DNA from: Candidatus Diapherotrites archaeon CG08_land_8_20_14_0_20_30_16
GTDB lineage: Archaea > Iainarchaeota > Iainarchaeia > Iainarchaeales > 0-14-0-20-30-16
DNA: 8,164 bases
NCBI GenBank assembly: GCA_002779075.1
Contig: PEXK01000047.1
Location: 1 to 8,164 of the forward strand
Direction of reading: 5' to 3'
Shown here: positions 6,096 to 8,164 of the stretch, piece after piece
Layout of the letters: every line of letters begins with the position of its first letter
Numbering within the stretch: position 1 is the stretch's first letter
The notes under the pieces: generated by a model
Database searches by the model: none
Told to the model about the DNA's origin: nothing
What the model saw: the letters and a program-made list of their open reading frames with translations, nothing else
Program-made: the position numbers and the translations under genes

Positions 6096-6103
6096 TATAT
6101 AAA
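6096..6103 (+). promoter_or_regulatory. TATA-box-like element TATATAAA for gatD
   Basis: It lies 36-43 nt upstream of the TTG start. A transcription start about 22-25 nt downstream would give a short leader carrying the SD at 6130-6136. The identical octamer occurs at 7776-7783 upstream of the last gene. Confidence 0.45.
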
Positions 6104-6129
6104 GAATGTAGATATTTTTACTAATAAAT

Positions 6130-6136
6130 GGTGATC
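6130..6136 (+). promoter_or_regulatory. Shine-Dalgarno sequence GGTGATC for gatD
   Basis: A 7-nt perfect match to the complement of the conserved 16S rRNA 3' tail (GAUCACC...), 2 nt before the TTG at 6139. It supports the non-ATG start. Confidence 0.6.
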
Positions 6137-6138
6137 AT

Positions 6139-7443
6139 TTGACAAAAGATTATATTGGAAAGGTAGTTGAAATCAAAGGAAAGAATGATGTTTTTTCTGG
6201 TAAGGTTGATGGATGTGTTTTGCCCAATGAAAATAAGGGCTTAGTTGTTTTGAAATTAAAATCAGGTTACAATGTTGCAATTAAGCAGGAGAATATTGAT
6301 TCTATAAAAGTAATTGGCACTGCTGAAAAAACACAGCAGAAATCAAAATCCAATTTAGAGTATAAATCTAATGCTGGTTTGCCTAAAGTAGGAATAATAA
6401 CTTTAGGTGGTACAATAGCTTCAAGAGTAGATTATAAAACAGGGGGTGTATCTAGCCAGTTTACTGCTGAAGATTTGATTAATGCAATTCCGGAAATAAG
6501 AGATCTGGCAAATATAGAATGTACCTCTTTGATGAGTAAGTTTAGTGAAAACATCAATAAAGAGGATTGGATTACTATCGTAAAAAAATTAGATTTTCTT
6601 TCTAATGGGAAGTATGATGGTTTTATTATAACTCAAGGAACAGATACTATACATTATGTTGCAAGTGCTTTGTCTTTTATGTTAGAAAAATTAGGTGTTC
6701 CAGTTATTATTGTAGGGTCACAGAGATCAAGTGATAGGCCTAGTTCAGATGCTGCATATAATTTATTGGGAGCATTAACATTTATTAAAGAAAGTAAAAA
6801 AGCAGGGGTTTTTGTTGCAATGCATCATACTACTGATGACAAGGTTATTGCAATTCATTTAGGAACTAAAGTTAGAAAGCTTCACACATCAAGAAGAGAT
6901 GCCTTCAAAAGCATTAATGTTTCTCCTGTTGCATTAGTACATTTGGATTTAAGGCAACACAATATTTGCAAGAATGAAATTGTTTTTAACCCTCTTTATT
7001 ATGATTTAAAAGACCTAAACAAAGAAAAGTTAAAAGTAAGCACTAAATTAGGGTCTGGTGTTTCTTTATTGAAGTTTTATCCTAGTTTCGATACCAGCCT
7101 TTTTGAATATGTGTTGAAGACCTCTAAAATAGTAATAATAGAAGGCACTGGTTTTGGACACTTATCTGATTCTTTGTTAGAGATTGTAAGAAAATACAAA
7201 AATAAGACAATTGTTTTTATGACTTCTCAATGTATCTTTGGAAGAGTAAATATGGATGTATATACGCAGGGCAGGATAGAGAAAGAAGCAGGAATTATTA
7301 GTCTAGAGGATATGCTTTCTGAGACTGCATATGTTAAAGCTCTTTATGTTTTGGGCAAAACCAGCAAACCAGAAGAAATAAAGAAATTGATGCTAGAAAA
7401 TATGAAAGGGGAAATATCTGATAGAACTTTGTTTACAGAATAA
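6139..7443 (+). CDS. gatD: Glutamyl-tRNA(Gln) amidotransferase subunit D (archaeal GatDE)
   Basis: N-terminal GatD-specific domain (LVVLKLKSGYNVAIKQENIDSIKVI). The L-asparaginase-type domain has GIITLGGTIASRVDYKTGGV, FIITQGTDTIHY and VIIVGSQRSSDRPSSDAAYNL. Length is 434 aa. TTG is the first start codon after the in-frame TAG at 6109-6111. Confidence 0.92.
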   Translation: MTKDYIGKVVEIKGKNDVFSGKVDGCVLPNENKGLVVLKLKSGYNVAIKQENIDSIKVIGTAEKTQQKSKSNLEYKSNAGLPKVGIITLGGTIASRVDYKTGGVSSQFTAEDLINAIPEIRDLANIECTSLMSKFSENINKEDWITIVKKLDFLSNGKYDGFIITQGTDTIHYVASALSFMLEKLGVPVIIVGSQRSSDRPSSDAAYNLLGALTFIKESKKAGVFVAMHHTTDDKVIAIHLGTKVRKLHTSRRDAFKSINVSPVALVHLDLRQHNICKNEIVFNPLYYDLKDLNKEKLKVSTKLGSGVSLLKFYPSFDTSLFEYVLKTSKIVIIEGTGFGHLSDSLLEIVRKYKNKTIVFMTSQCIFGRVNMDVYTQGRIEKEAGIISLEDMLSETAYVKALYVLGKTSKPEEIKKLMLENMKGEISDRTLFTE

Positions 7444-7449
7444 GAACTT

Positions 7450-7469
7450 ATTGCTTTTTATTGCTTTTT
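7450..7469. repeat. Perfect tandem direct repeat, 2 x ATTGCTTTTT
   Basis: Read directly: 7450-7459 is identical to 7460-7469. It spans the stop codon and last codons of the minus-strand ORF 7458-7688. Confidence 0.9.
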
Positions 7470-7470
7470 T
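7450..7470 (+). terminator. Two oligo-T tracts (T5, T6) after gatD inside a perfect 10-bp tandem duplication; candidate intrinsic terminator
   Basis: ATTGCTTTTT ATTGCTTTTT T begins 7 nt after the gatD TAA (7441-7443). Oligo-T is the archaeal termination signal. Confidence 0.4.
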
Positions 7471-7688
7471 GTTAAATTAAATATAAGTGCAACCAGGCTT
7501 TTTTCAGATCCTTTAGGAAGACTTGCCCACAAATCAAAAGCAACTCTATTTCTTTCTAGAGGATTTGTTATTCTTTTTATTTCTAGTATTCTTTGGCTAA
7601 CACGTATTCTTGTTCTTTGTCTCATCCATTGTCCAGGCTTTTTGAATCCAATACTAAATGGTCTTGAAGGCTTTTTTTCTGGTGACAT
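7458..7688 (-). CDS. Small, highly basic hypothetical protein (76 aa), possibly nucleic-acid binding
   Basis: ATG start with a TATA-like box at -20..-28 and no SD (leaderless geometry). It fills an otherwise empty ~385-nt gap in a very dense region. R/K-rich N-terminal two thirds (KKPSRPFSIGFKKPGQWMRQRTRIRVSQRILEIKR). No family recognised and no Cys, so it is not a zinc ribbon. Confidence 0.5.
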   Translation of the reverse strand: MSPEKKPSRPFSIGFKKPGQWMRQRTRIRVSQRILEIKRITNPLERNRVAFDLWASLPKGSEKSLVALIFNLTKKQ

Positions 7689-7707
7689 AACAATATAATA
7701 ATAGAGC

Positions 7708-7716
7708 TATTTTTAA
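7708..7716 (-). promoter_or_regulatory. TATA-box-like element (minus strand TTAAAAATA), -28..-20 from the ATG at 7688
   Basis: Same position relative to the start codon as the element at 6071-6079(-). Confidence 0.4.
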
Positions 7717-7775
7717 TGTTTTCTAAGGAATATATGGATGATACGAAAATAGTCACTATTGAAACAATACAAAAA

Positions 7776-7783
7776 TATATAAA
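7776..7783 (+). promoter_or_regulatory. TATA-box-like element TATATAAA for the 7829 gene
   Basis: Identical octamer to the gatD box. It lies 46-53 nt upstream of the ATG at 7829, and a GTGAT SD-like pentamer (7819-7823) sits 5 nt before that ATG. Confidence 0.4.
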
Positions 7784-7828
7784 CAAGTTATACTTATTTA
7801 TCTAAGATTTGTATCTGTGTGATTTTTT

Positions 7829-8164
7829 ATGAGCTATACACATTCTTTGAGATATAAAGGATCCTTAAATAAAGAGTTTTTGAGATTTGAAATCCAATTG
7901 ATATTCAGTTTCATTTTAATGCTCTTTTTGCTCTTTTTGGGTTTTCTTTGGGCTTTTGGCTTCTTGCTTCTTTTATTTATAGTCACTGTTCTTGTGTATA
8001 GATTTTTCAGAAAGAAAGATAATTGGTTAACGAGATTTATATTTCAGGCAGAAAGAGAATATGAAGAAGGCTTTCAAGGCAAAGAAACTGCTGTCACTCT
8101 GTTGGGGTTTTTGACAATATTTGCAATAATTTATGCTTTATCTTATTTTGTTGCATTTCCTGTT
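7829..8164 (+). CDS. Integral membrane protein, 3' end cut by the window edge (112 codons visible); family uncertain
   Basis: My own translation from the ATG at 7829: MSYTHSLRYKGSLNKEFLRFEIQLIFSFILMLFLLFLGFLWAFGFLLLLFIVTVLVYRFFRKKDNWLTRFIFQAEREYEEGFQGKETAVTLLGFLTIFAIIYALSYFVAFPV, open to the last base. There are at least three hydrophobic helices. The loop ERE..E.GF.G followed by a helix is faintly reminiscent of dolichol/phytol-kinase-type (COG0170) proteins, which is a weak guess only. The ORF is absent from the supplied track, presumably because it has no stop. Confidence 0.6.
   Translation, partial: MSYTHSLRYKGSLNKEFLRFEIQLIFSFILMLFLLFLGFLWAFGFLLLLFIVTVLVYRFFRKKDNWLTRFIFQAEREYEEGFQGKETAVTLLGFLTIFAIIYALSYFVAFPV

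Noticed and set aside
7716-7805. 29-codon plus-strand ORF (MFSKEYMDDTKIVTIETIQKYINKLYLFI) in the 7689-7828 spacer
   Set aside because: It is very short and has no SD or correctly spaced TATA box. It overlaps the two promoter elements assigned to the flanking genes. It cannot be distinguished from chance in AT-rich DNA.

Overview
AT-rich, very gene-dense window: only about 275 nt lie outside my 9 CDS calls. I found no rRNA or tRNA genes, CRISPR arrays or mobile elements. An archaeal origin is supported by the gene content (GatD, a DUF357-like protein, an ATPase-less secreted Lon-type protease), TATA-like boxes at a fixed distance from start codons, GGTGATC-type Shine-Dalgarno sequences and oligo-T tracts after genes. 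The lineage is probably small-genome and AT-rich, but cannot be resolved from sequence alone. Plus strand: a 5'-truncated ApbA/PanE-family ketopantoate reductase (1-852), a thioredoxin-fold::CcdA/DsbD membrane fusion (872-2041), gatD (6139-7443), and a 3'-truncated membrane protein absent from the ORF track (7829-8164). Minus strand: a leaderless four-gene cluster (6051 down to 2050) with overlapping or nearly abutting stops and starts, plus a small, very basic leaderless ORF (7458-7688). The cluster encodes a DUF357-like protein, a 772/775-aa bitopic Lon-like S16 protease, a 225-aa orphan and a compact RNase HII-core protein. The protease carries a large unassigned helical ectodomain, one TM helix and a cytoplasmic coiled-coil tail. 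The orphan has a K/E/P-rich linker and a probable C-terminal winged helix. The RNase has an RNase HIII-type N-terminal domain. This cluster, especially the protease and the orphan after it, is the best candidate for something undescribed. I see no hallmark of a known defence, toxin-antitoxin or secretion system, and the functional link between its genes is inference only.
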